Assembly: GCA_040904565.1 (NCBI GenBank) | Contig: JBBDTI010000030.1 | Span: forward strand, 1-22,347 | DNA length: 22,347 nt | Reading direction: 5' to 3' | From: Rhodothermales bacterium | Lineage (GTDB): Bacteria > Bacteroidota > Rhodothermia > Rhodothermales > VXPQ01 | Shown: positions 8,608-16,449 of the stretch, piece by piece | Numbering within the stretch: the stretch's first letter is position 1 | How the letters are laid out: the number at the start of each line of letters is the position of its first letter | The notes under the pieces: model-generated | Seen by the model: the letters and a program-made list of their open reading frames with translations, nothing else | What the model was told of the DNA's origin: nothing | Database searches by the model: none | Program-made: the position numbers and the translations under genes

Positions 8608-11304
8608 CTACCCCTGTCCAAAGGCACATCGCAGGGTACGAAGGCCGAATCGCGGCATCTCCAGCTGCACGCCGGGACGCCCGTCGACGTCGATCACGTC
8701 GAGCGTCTCCACGTGCCGTCCGTCCAGCTCCACCAGTGCGACGGATGCCGGCCTGCGACCGAACGTAATCGCATGCACGTTCCCCGTCGCCTCCGCGTTG
8801 AACACGCGAACGATGAGGTGACCGTCCTCGACGAGCATCGTCGGAATCTCGAGGCCGTCACTTGCCTCAATGAGGGAGACGCGCGTCGCAGTGGGCTCGC
8901 CGTCCAGTAGGCGCGGAATGGGGCGCTCCTTCCAGCGGGCGTTGAGCTCCGACAGCCTCGCCGCATCCCACGAACCCGCGTGCGGCACGGCGGCGTAGTG
9001 GATGCGCTGAACGCCCTCGAGCGGCTGCTTGCCCCACCAGAATCCGGCCTCCCAGCCCCATGCGAGGACGAGCGCGAGTGGGTGCTCCGGACCGTGCGTG
9101 TACGCGGTCGTATGATCGGAGAAAACGGCCAGGCCGCGACCGGACGACGCATCGACGGCGTCGACCCAGTCCACCACGATATTGTGTTTGATTTCGTCCC
9201 ATCCCTGAAAAAACGTATCGTCCAGACGGCTCCGAGTGACGTCGTAGGCGGCATTCTTGTAGATGGTGTGATCGCCGGGCGTCGGAAAGAAGGCCTGCAG
9301 CTTCCAGCGCCCGTCGTGGTGTGACTTGCGCCGCTCCGTTCGCCGGTTTTCAGGCTCGATGTCCCACGGATCGCCGATCCACGTCTCGTCGTCGTAGTAT
9401 AGCGTCGCGTGAAAATCGATCTGCGGTTCACCCTCCAGCAGTGAAACGTCGGTGCGGTACCGCGCGTCGCCCACCCTACCCTCGATGCGCACCACGGCGC
9501 GGATCGGCCCGTTCTCGCGGATCTCGACGTCGGCCGCCGCATCCGTACTGCTGCACCACTCTTCTCGCTCGACGAAGTAGCCGCGGTATTCGTTGAAGAG
9601 GCGTTCTGAGGTATCGTCGACGACGTCCTCGCCGGAGGCTTTCACGATCAGGCTCGTCACGGCCCCGCCGCGGGCCGGATCGATGCGCAGACGGTAAAGG
9701 TCGTTTTCGAGCACCACCGTGCCGTCGGACGCCGCACGCGCGAGCGTGGATGTGGGAGGGGCTGACGGACGTTCCGTAGGTGGGTCGGATTCGGCCGTCA
9801 CCGACCGCTCTATGCGGAATGTATCGTAACCCATCGCAGGGAGATCCGCCGCGAACAAAAGCGTCGCGGCATTGATGCTCTCCTCATCATAACCGGGCGG
9901 CAGCTCCCGGTTCGGATCGAACGGTGCCTCTACGTCGAACGGATCGTAGTCCCGCTCCTGGATGACCTGCGCGGGAAGGGCGCGTCCCTCGGCATCGAAG
10001 ACCCGCAGGTCCTGCGTGCCTCGATCCGTAGCGATCGTAACCTCGACGATGTCGCGTCGTGGCCGTCCCAGCGTATTGAAGACGCGAAGGTGCTGGGTGT
10101 CGACGGGAGCCTGCACGCCGTCCTCCGCCGTGGCGACGAGTGCGGCCGTGCTCTGGTCGATCTCGCCATCGCAGAGTTCCTCCGCGTTCAGCGTCCACCG
10201 GGCGACGAGAAACGCCCACGCATCGCGTCCGCTCCGCGTCGTCGCGGTGATCCACGAATCGTGGTGCTGGGACCACATGAGGTCGTCCCATGCTTCCTGC
10301 AGCGCATCGGCATTCGGCATTCGACCGGTCTCGAGCCAGGCCAGCGCGGACATCTTTTCGGCCACGAGCACTTTCGTTTCGGCCGCCCGTACCTGTTGTG
10401 TAACCGTCTGGATGGTCTGTTCGCCCCAGGGCAGCGTTACCAGGCTGTCCTCGATGCCGAAGGCCCACTCGACTTCCGGCGCGTCCACGATTTCCTCGAA
10501 GTACTCGCGCCAGGTGACGTAGCGGATATGATTGCCCTCCACGCGGGGATGGGCGCTCCAACCGAGGTCCTGAAACATCATGCCGACCGGATGGGCGATG
10601 CCGTGGTCCACGCATTTCTGCGCGAACTCGGGGGTGGCGTCGACCGACTCGGTCTCCCACGCGTTTACGAGCTCCTCGACGGCATAGCGCGGCGCGGTGG
10701 GGATGGTCGTTCCATCCGGACCCACCCAGTGAACGGTCTCGGCGTCGATGGCCGCCGCATATCCGCCCCAGGCCGTGCCGGGATTCTTGAGCACGGCGCG
10801 CTCGAACCCGAGCGAGCGGAGGATCTGCGGAAGGCAGCTCGTCCAGCAGGGCTCCTGCACGGCGTAGGTTTTGAGGACGGCCTCCGGGAAATGTTCTCGG
10901 GTGATCCGGAGGCCGCGCATGAGCTGGCGGACGTTGCTCTCCCCACCGATGTCCCACCCGTACGGCTGGGCGAACGTGACGCTGAGCATCTCTACCCGGC
11001 TGGCGGACGACGAATCCTCGAGGTAGGCCTTGAGTTCGTCGTACGCTTCCGGGTCGTTGCGCTCGAGAACGGCCCAGGAGACGGGCTCGATTTCGAGGCT
11101 GATCTTCCACTCCGGGACGGCGCGCATGACGTTGAGCACGTCGCGCCACGCCCCTGCCGGCATGTGACCCCTTACGCCGCCGTGATAGCCGTCGACGTAG
11201 TACATGGTCGGCACGTCGCTGCGTGCGTGCAACGGTGATACTACGAGCGAAGCCGCGCCGAGGCCAAGCAGTTTCGAAAACTGGCGGCGGTTCAGGGTGC
11301 TCAT
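8608..11304 (-). CDS. Tat-exported, divergent glycoside hydrolase family 38-like protein
   Basis: Tat signal LNRRQFSKLLG...PLHA. GESNVRQLMRG, LPQIL, WVGPDGT, SQHHD, VFNTL, LPAMGY, LENDLY and C-terminal VRVFN follow the GH38 N/middle/C domain order. Confidence 0.8.
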   Translation of the reverse strand: MSTLNRRQFSKLLGLGAASLVVSPLHARSDVPTMYYVDGYHGGVRGHMPAGAWRDVLNVMRAVPEWKISLEIEPVSWAVLERNDPEAYDELKAYLEDSSSASRVEMLSVTFAQPYGWDIGGESNVRQLMRGLRITREHFPEAVLKTYAVQEPCWTSCLPQILRSLGFERAVLKNPGTAWGGYAAAIDAETVHWVGPDGTTIPTAPRYAVEELVNAWETESVDATPEFAQKCVDHGIAHPVGMMFQDLGWSAHPRVEGNHIRYVTWREYFEEIVDAPEVEWAFGIEDSLVTLPWGEQTIQTVTQQVRAAETKVLVAEKMSALAWLETGRMPNADALQEAWDDLMWSQHHDSWITATTRSGRDAWAFLVARWTLNAEELCDGEIDQSTAALVATAEDGVQAPVDTQHLRVFNTLGRPRRDIVEVTIATDRGTQDLRVFDAEGRALPAQVIQERDYDPFDVEAPFDPNRELPPGYDEESINAATLLFAADLPAMGYDTFRIERSVTAESDPPTERPSAPPTSTLARAASDGTVVLENDLYRLRIDPARGGAVTSLIVKASGEDVVDDTSERLFNEYRGYFVEREEWCSSTDAAADVEIRENGPIRAVVRIEGRVGDARYRTDVSLLEGEPQIDFHATLYYDDETWIGDPWDIEPENRRTERRKSHHDGRWKLQAFFPTPGDHTIYKNAAYDVTRSRLDDTFFQGWDEIKHNIVVDWVDAVDASSGRGLAVFSDHTTAYTHGPEHPLALVLAWGWEAGFWWGKQPLEGVQRIHYAAVPHAGSWDAARLSELNARWKERPIPRLLDGEPTATRVSLIEASDGLEIPTMLVEDGHLIVRVFNAEATGNVHAITFGRRPASVALVELDGRHVETLDVIDVDGRPGVQLEMPRFGLRTLRCAFGQG

Positions 11305-11351
11305 GCCGTCGCTTGAAGCTCGTTAGAGGTAATGTGCCGCGCCGGACGCGC
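11063..11351. repeat. Direct repeat copy 1 (289 bp): 5' end of the GH38-like gene plus 47 bp upstream
   Basis: Aligns without gaps to 12978-13266 at offset 1915; 19 mismatches by manual count (about 93% identity). Confidence 0.95.
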
Positions 11352-11361
11352 CATTCCTCTC

Positions 11362-11432
11362 AATATAGCCGCATAGCGATTGCCATTGGGCCGAGTGAAA
11401 CGCCCCGGACTACTCCGAATGAAACGCCCAGG
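11362..11432 (-). promoter_or_regulatory. Candidate activator-dependent promoter of the GH38-like gene
   Basis: Minus-strand -10-like TATATT at 11362-11367 with no consensus -35. An 18-bp direct repeat CCGAGTGAAACGCCCCGG / CCGAATGAAACGCCCAGG (11391-11408, 11415-11432) abuts the -35 position. Confidence 0.4.
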
Positions 11433-11535
11433 GTTTTCGGAGACCTGGTTAATTGAGTATTGCCACGAGGCAGCTTTCCTCGTGGCGGAGATAAAAGCTT
11501 CGGAGGCCGTCTTCCGTGAGGATGCTCGCCCCGGC

Positions 11536-12768
11536 TCAGTCCTGCCGTTCGGAGAGTTCTCGAACGCGTCCGATGCCGAACTGGTCGCTCGCTCGCACGG
11601 CCTTGCCATCGGCCGTCATATGGATTTCGAGCATCTTCTCGCTATGGATGAGCGCCCCGGTCTCGTCGATCAATTGCGCGATGACCTCTTTCATATCGAC
11701 GTCGATGATCTCCCCGGTCGGGGCGTAGGCGTGCCGGCCGTCCAGGCTAAACGTGATCCATCCCGGCTGTTCCCGCAGCTTGATGCTTTCCTTGTAGACG
11801 GGAGGCATGACCGTATTGTCGTAGACGTGCAGTCGTTCGTTCGCGCCGTCGACCACCCACACCTCCGTCTCGTCCGGCGTGAGCCCAACGCCGTGGCTGT
11901 AGACGCCGTGGCGCAGCGGCTGCTTCGCTTCGAATCCTTGCTCCGTCGCGTCGATTCGGTGCAGTAGCTCGCCCGTCTTCAGGTCGCCGATCTCGAAACC
12001 CAGGAGGCCGTTCACGTTGATGTAGGCGAGGGTCTGGTCGCTGTTGATGGTGAATGGGCGAACCGCGCCGCCCAGCGGACCGACCTGCCGGATCACTTCG
12101 TACGTCCCGGCGTCGACCACGCCGAGGCTATTGGTCCGCAGACCGCCCAGATAGACCTCCTTTCCGTTCGGGCCGAAAATCGTATTGTGCGCGCCAGAGT
12201 TGCCACTGAAGACGGTCTCGATCACTTCGCCCGTCTCCGCATCCACCACGTGCCAGTGCTCTTTCTCCAGGCTCGGCAGCCAGACCGTCTTGCCGTCCGA
12301 CGAGATGGACATGCGGTCTGCTCCGCCTTCGTACTCCTTCTCCCAGACGACCTCCTCCATCTCGAGGTCGACCCGCTGCATCGTCTCCAGATTGCTGATG
12401 TAGACGCTGTTCGTCGCCAGGCTGACGTCGATGCCCTTCACGTTCGAGGGCTGCCCGGCCGGCGTCACCCCGCCGTGCAGGTCGGGGGTATCTTTTTTGA
12501 GCAGCCCCTTCGTCGGGATGCGCTTCACGAACCGATAGTCGTCCTCAATGTCGAAGACGAGCAGCCCGTGCCCGCCGTGCTCGAGGTACCGGCGGAGGCC
12601 CGGTACGGCGACGTAGAGATATTTCTTTACCTCGGGATCGGTGCGATCGACGGCCGCGGTCTCATCCGAACTGGGAACGCGATCCTGCGCATGCGTCATC
12701 GCCGCGACGGATGCGCCGATCAGCAGCAGGGTGAGAAGCGTCGTCCGCAGGTTCATTGGAATTTTCAT
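11536..12768 (-). CDS. Secreted YncE-like beta-propeller protein
   Basis: Signal peptide (TTLLTLLLIGASVAAMTHA-Q). Repeated blade motifs SSDGKTVW, GPNGKEVY, TPDETEVWV and SLDGRHAY. Confidence 0.8.
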   Translation of the reverse strand: MKIPMNLRTTLLTLLLIGASVAAMTHAQDRVPSSDETAAVDRTDPEVKKYLYVAVPGLRRYLEHGGHGLLVFDIEDDYRFVKRIPTKGLLKKDTPDLHGGVTPAGQPSNVKGIDVSLATNSVYISNLETMQRVDLEMEEVVWEKEYEGGADRMSISSDGKTVWLPSLEKEHWHVVDAETGEVIETVFSGNSGAHNTIFGPNGKEVYLGGLRTNSLGVVDAGTYEVIRQVGPLGGAVRPFTINSDQTLAYINVNGLLGFEIGDLKTGELLHRIDATEQGFEAKQPLRHGVYSHGVGLTPDETEVWVVDGANERLHVYDNTVMPPVYKESIKLREQPGWITFSLDGRHAYAPTGEIIDVDMKEVIAQLIDETGALIHSEKMLEIHMTADGKAVRASDQFGIGRVRELSERQD

Positions 12769-12889
12769 CGCTCAGAACGGATGGGTAGGCTCGCCGGAAG
12801 TTCTTCCTGATAGAAAGGTATTCGTTGACGCTCCTGCGAGCAACTCCCTTCTGTCAGGCCGCCTAAACGCAGTCTACGGCCAGAACCTT

Positions 12890-13219
12890 TCAGGAACGGT
12901 TAGTCAAAGACGCACCGGATGGGCTCCGCATCGCCCACGCGCAGGTCGGACCGTTCTTGCCACCGCTGCTGATCCGGTCGAGAACGGCCCAGGAGACGGG
13001 CTCGATCTCAAGACTGATCTTCCACTCCGGGACGGCGCGCATAACGTTGAGCACGTCGCGCCACGCTCCTGCCGGCATGTGACCCTTTGCGCCGCCGTGA
13101 TAGCCGTCGACGTAGTACATGGTCGGCACGTCGCTGCGTGCGTGCAACGGTGATACGCCGAGCGACGCCGCGCCGAGGCCAAGTAGTTTCGAAAACTGGC
13201 GCCGGTTCAGGGTGCTCAT
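12890..13219 (-). pseudogene. Truncated second copy of the GH38-like gene (first ~80 codons plus an unrelated tail)
   Basis: MSTLNRRQFSKLLG...EIEPVSWAVL matches 8608..11304 except for 3 aa. Homology stops abruptly at 12978 and the frame then runs to a stop at 12890. Confidence 0.9.
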
Positions 13220-13266
13220 GCCGTCGTTCTTAGCTCGTAAGTGGTAATGTGCCGCGCCGGAGGCGC
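12978..13266. repeat. Direct repeat copy 2 (289 bp)
   Basis: Second copy of 11063-11351. Confidence 0.95.
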
Positions 13267-13384
13267 TTAAACGCACGAACGGAATACTGTTTTGTCGGTG
13301 TATCGAGACATCGCAAGAAAGGTCTCGGCAGAGACAGATGTTCTCGAGCACCCAACCCGGGCTGATTTACCCCTCCGCTTTATT

Positions 13385-13448
13385 TGTAAAGGGAACTTGA
13401 CACTGTCAGTGGGTGAATGTATTCTGTGAGCGTAAAGGTAACTTGACA
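13385..13448 (+). promoter_or_regulatory. Sigma70-type promoter overlapped by two palindromic XRE operators
   Basis: TTGACA (13397-13402), 17-bp spacer, TATTCT (13420-13425). Operators TGTAAAGGGAACTTGACA (13385-13402) and CGTAAAGGTAACTTGACA (13431-13448), consensus GTAAAG-N4-CTTGAC. Confidence 0.8.
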
Positions 13449-13476
13449 AAAAGACAAACAAACCGGATATGGTAGA

Positions 13477-13893
13477 ATGAGCAGGATACAATCTAGCGAT
13501 CGGTCAGCCCGCACGAGGCACGATCTGTTCCGCCTGGCCTTCTGGACGACTGGATGGGTTCTGACGATGGCCGTGGCGACGTTTGGCCCGGAGTTCATGT
13601 GGTCGGGAAACACGATCCTCACGGTCGTCGGTATCGCCTTGAATCTGGCGGTCGGTGTCGGAATGATCGTGGCCAACATGCGCCACGTGCAGGAACTCGA
13701 CGAGATGATGCAGCGCGTCCAGCTCGAAGCCATGGGCATCGCGCTGGGCGTTGGCATCGTGGGCGGACTTAGCTATTCGCTGCTGGACGTCACCAACCTC
13801 ATCGGCTCCGACGCCGAAATCGCCCATCTGGTGATCCTCATCTCCATAGCGTACGTGACGACGCTCGTCGTAGCGATGCGGAGGTATCGATGA
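13477..13893 (+). CDS. Small membrane protein with about 4 TM helices, coupled to an XRE regulator
   Basis: Four hydrophobic stretches and a central LDEMMQRVQLEAMGIA motif. ATGA overlap with the downstream HTH gene. Confidence 0.85.
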   Translation: MSRIQSSDRSARTRHDLFRLAFWTTGWVLTMAVATFGPEFMWSGNTILTVVGIALNLAVGVGMIVANMRHVQELDEMMQRVQLEAMGIALGVGIVGGLSYSLLDVTNLIGSDAEIAHLVILISIAYVTTLVVAMRRYR

Positions 13894-14090
13894 AGAACCG
13901 GCTTAAAGTTCTCCGTGCGGAACGCGACTGGACGCAGGCTGACCTGGCTGAGGCTCTTGAGGTCTCGCGACAGACGGTTAACGCGATCGAGAACGGTAAG
14001 TACGACCCAAGCCTGCCTCTCGCATTCAAGATCGCGCGTCTGTTCCATCAGCCGATAGAAGAGATCTTCGAGGACGAAGCGTCCGTTTGA
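13890..14090 (+). CDS. XRE-family HTH regulator, CylR2-like (66 aa)
   Basis: MKNRLKVLRAERDWTQADLAEALEVSRQTVNAIENGKYDPSLPLAFKIARLF...IEEIF. Confidence 0.95.
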   Translation: MKNRLKVLRAERDWTQADLAEALEVSRQTVNAIENGKYDPSLPLAFKIARLFHQPIEEIFEDEASV

Positions 14091-14130
14091 AACGCGGTTC
14101 AGATGACGTCACTGCTGGCGTTGACAACAT

Positions 14131-15024
14131 TCAGGAGCTCTTCGATTGGGAATGGTTGATTTCACCTGACAATTCGTTCCTGCTGCGGTCTACCGAATGA
14201 TCCTCGCCGTACCCAAGCCGGCCACGCGTGGCTGCTATGAGTACGAGCACCACGGCGGCAAGTGTGAGGGTCATCGTGACCGAGAGCGTTGTGTAGGCCG
14301 TGCCCGCAACAGCTTCAGGAGGAAGGGGGACGAATAACTCGTAGGCCGTGTTGAAGCCGGCGTGGAGCAGCATCGCGAGCAGAACGCTCCCCGTCCGGTT
14401 AAATAGCCACGTCAGGATGAACGCATACCCCGCTACGCTCGCGAGCGACATCAGGGCGACCGGAAGAAATGCAGCCAGATCGAGCCCGTGGTGAAACTCC
14501 GGGTCGGCCGCGACGACAGGAAGGTGCCACAATCCCCAGAGGACGCCCAGAATGAGTGTGCTCGATACCGGGCCGTATCGCTTCTCAAGGTGCGGACGGG
14601 CGAAGCCCCGCCAACCAAACTCTTGCCGTCCACCGCCGATGAGCGCCGTGAGTACGAGTGCGGGAACGTACCCGCCGAGTCTTCCTGGGAGCAGTGATAG
14701 ATCGATTTCATTGCCAAGCATGGCGAATGCCGAACTGGCCGTCCCGATGAGGAAGACGGGGATCACCATTGCAAATGCCCACCAACGGGCCCGAACGCAC
14801 CGCAGCACGATATTCACCATCCATGCTCGGACGGAGCCTCCTCCAAGCCAAGTGGTGAGGATGGCGGCCATAGCCGGACCGAAAATGCCCGCCACGAAGA
14901 GTATCTCGCGGAGGATGCCGTCATAGCCCAGGACGATGGGCAGCCACAGTCCCCAGGAGAGGACGTAGGTAAGAATGAAATAGGCCGAGATCGAGTGGCG
15001 AGAAATGAGCGAAGTGGGTTTCAT
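14131..15024 (-). CDS. CPBP (Abi/CAAX type II) intramembrane protease family protein
   Basis: Multiple TM segments with motifs QEFGWRG, LWGLWHLP and GSVLLAMLLHAGFN. Likely ATG at 15024 after GGAAGG. Confidence 0.9.
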   Translation of the reverse strand: MKPTSLISRHSISAYFILTYVLSWGLWLPIVLGYDGILREILFVAGIFGPAMAAILTTWLGGGSVRAWMVNIVLRCVRARWWAFAMVIPVFLIGTASSAFAMLGNEIDLSLLPGRLGGYVPALVLTALIGGGRQEFGWRGFARPHLEKRYGPVSSTLILGVLWGLWHLPVVAADPEFHHGLDLAAFLPVALMSLASVAGYAFILTWLFNRTGSVLLAMLLHAGFNTAYELFVPLPPEAVAGTAYTTLSVTMTLTLAAVVLVLIAATRGRLGYGEDHSVDRSRNELSGEINHSQSKSS

Positions 15025-15100
15025 GGCCAGCCTTCCGATGCGTAGAAACGGCACGGTGCCAGAGGCTATTCGACGTCCTGTGATTCTTTAGCTAGAGTAG

Positions 15101-15148
15101 AGCGCGTGGTGCCGGAAGCACTCATTTCTGCCTCCGGCACTAAGCGCT
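15101..15148 (-). terminator. Hairpin directly downstream of the beta-barrel gene (terminator or stability stem)
   Basis: 12-bp stem GTGCCGGAGGCA/TGCTTCCGGCAC (one G-U pair on the minus strand) with outer AGCGC/GCGCT. No clear U tract. Confidence 0.6.
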
Positions 15149-15154
15149 CCTCAG

Positions 15155-15778
15155 TTAGAACGACTTCGAGATCCCCATTCGAACGCTCACGTAGGTCAGT
15201 TCCGTATCGATGTTGACGCCATCCATGTCGACATCGCGCGAGAGCGAGCGGTAGAGCAGCCCGGGCAGCAGACGCCAGTCATTGCCCAACGACAGCATCA
15301 CTCCGGCGCCTGCCTCCCAACCCAGCCCGTGGCCGGTGTCGGCGACGATCTCATCGCCGTCCTCGAATTCAAGGTGGTTATAAAGCCCACCGGCCTGCAC
15401 GTAGTAGCCCAGTGGCGCGGTGCCGAACGGATGGGCAAAGCGGAGGCCGAAAACATAGCCGGTCTCTTCCACATCCAAGCCCGCTCCGGCGAACGGCTCA
15501 TCCGTGGGGAAGTGGTTCCAGCCCCATCCAGCGTAGCCCGCCAGGTGCGGCATGATCCGATAGGCGAGCGTGGCTTCGAAGCCCATGCCGGTGCCCAGCC
15601 CGGCGTCGCCGAGGTCCTGCGTGGCGAAGCTAACGCCACCATCGATCTCAATGCTGAAGCGGTCTTGCGCGTGGGCCGTATGGGAAGCAAGAAGAATGCC
15701 CCCAAGGGTAAGAGCCCACATCATGTTCACGGAAAAGCGTCTCATGGCTTTATACCTACGGAAGATGAAATTTTTCAT
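15155..15778 (-). CDS. Outer-membrane beta-barrel protein (Opa/OmpA-membrane-domain-like)
   Basis: Signal peptide ending TAHA-Q, alternating amphipathic Gly/aromatic strands, C-terminal ...MGISKSF. Start is 15778 or 15745. Confidence 0.85.
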   Translation of the reverse strand: MKNFIFRRYKAMRRFSVNMMWALTLGGILLASHTAHAQDRFSIEIDGGVSFATQDLGDAGLGTGMGFEATLAYRIMPHLAGYAGWGWNHFPTDEPFAGAGLDVEETGYVFGLRFAHPFGTAPLGYYVQAGGLYNHLEFEDGDEIVADTGHGLGWEAGAGVMLSLGNDWRLLPGLLYRSLSRDVDMDGVNIDTELTYVSVRMGISKSF

Positions 15779-15991
15779 GGTGGTTATCTCTCGGAGGTAG
15801 GCCGGCATTCGGCAGAAAACGGCTTCACAGGAACGCGCCAGGCCATTACTCGCCACGCCGTCCCTCATTGCCTTCCTGTATCCACTGAGAACGTAAGTCA
15901 GGAGTGAACGGGACGATGAGAGGGCATCCTGAGAGAGATCCTCGGAGAATGGCTTACTGGTGTGTGGGAGCCCCCTACGTGCGTTATCTTA

Positions 15992-16160
15992 CGGTTCGCC
16001 CCGAGGCCCGCACCGAGCTGTTCGAGTTCATCGAGGTACAACCGGAAGCGGCTTTACTCGTCACTCGGATACGTGAGCCCGACCGAGTTCGAGACCGCTC
16101 ATTACCAACAATCAACAATAATAGCGGCTTAACTCACTCCGTGAAACCGGGGGAAACCCA
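15992..16160 (+). mobile_element. IS3-family remnant: transposase C-terminus and right end
   Basis: Across one frameshift it reads EARTELFEFIE/YNRKRLYSSLGYVSPTEFE...AA* (stop 16130-16132). This is followed by TCCGTGAAACCGGGGGAAACCCA, an IS3-like terminal repeat ending in CA. Confidence 0.85.
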
Positions 16161-16187
16161 ATTTGTATCACGTCAGGGGAAATCGTG

Positions 16188-16415
16188 ATGACGACGACCG
16201 AGACTACGGCTACTCCGAGACGGCGACTACTCGCTGCACCGAGGCTCGGTTTTACATTGCAATGGCACTTGCCGCACTGTTGATAGCCATCGCCGGCGTT
16301 GAACCGAAGGCGGTCGACACCGCCAGTCGCACCGCACCGCTGACACCGGCCGTGGGCGCATGGCGTTGGCTTCAGCGCGTGGCTCCTTCCATTTCTCACG
16401 CAGACATTACTCACG
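16188..16415 (+). pseudogene. Frameshifted, truncated membrane-protein gene
   Basis: AGGGG RBS, then MTTTETTATPRRR / RFYIAMALAALLIAIAG...RTAPLTPAV / AHGVGFSAWLLPFLTQTLL across two frameshifts. Resembles a widespread HG..FSAW..L..QT.L membrane family. Confidence 0.6.
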
Positions 16416-16449
16416 TTCTGCGTCCTTCCCGCCATCCGAGGTTCCCGCC

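Noticed and set aside
9887-11238. ORFs 9887-11149 (-) and 10090-11238 (+)
   Set aside because: Alternative-frame or antisense overlaps of the hydrolase gene; Arg/Gly-rich composition typical of non-coding frames.
13220-13351. N-terminal extension of the 153-aa ORF 12890-13351
   Set aside because: Homology and the Tat signal begin at ATG 13219; the extension is upstream non-coding sequence.
11391-13448. Short repeat pairs as a CRISPR array
   Set aside because: Only two copies each, spacing does not fit repeat-spacer units, and no cas genes are present.
13443-13478. Second promoter from TTGACA 13443 and TAGAAT 13473
   Set aside because: The spacer is 24 bp and the -10 overlaps the start codon; this TTGACA is better explained as an operator half-site.
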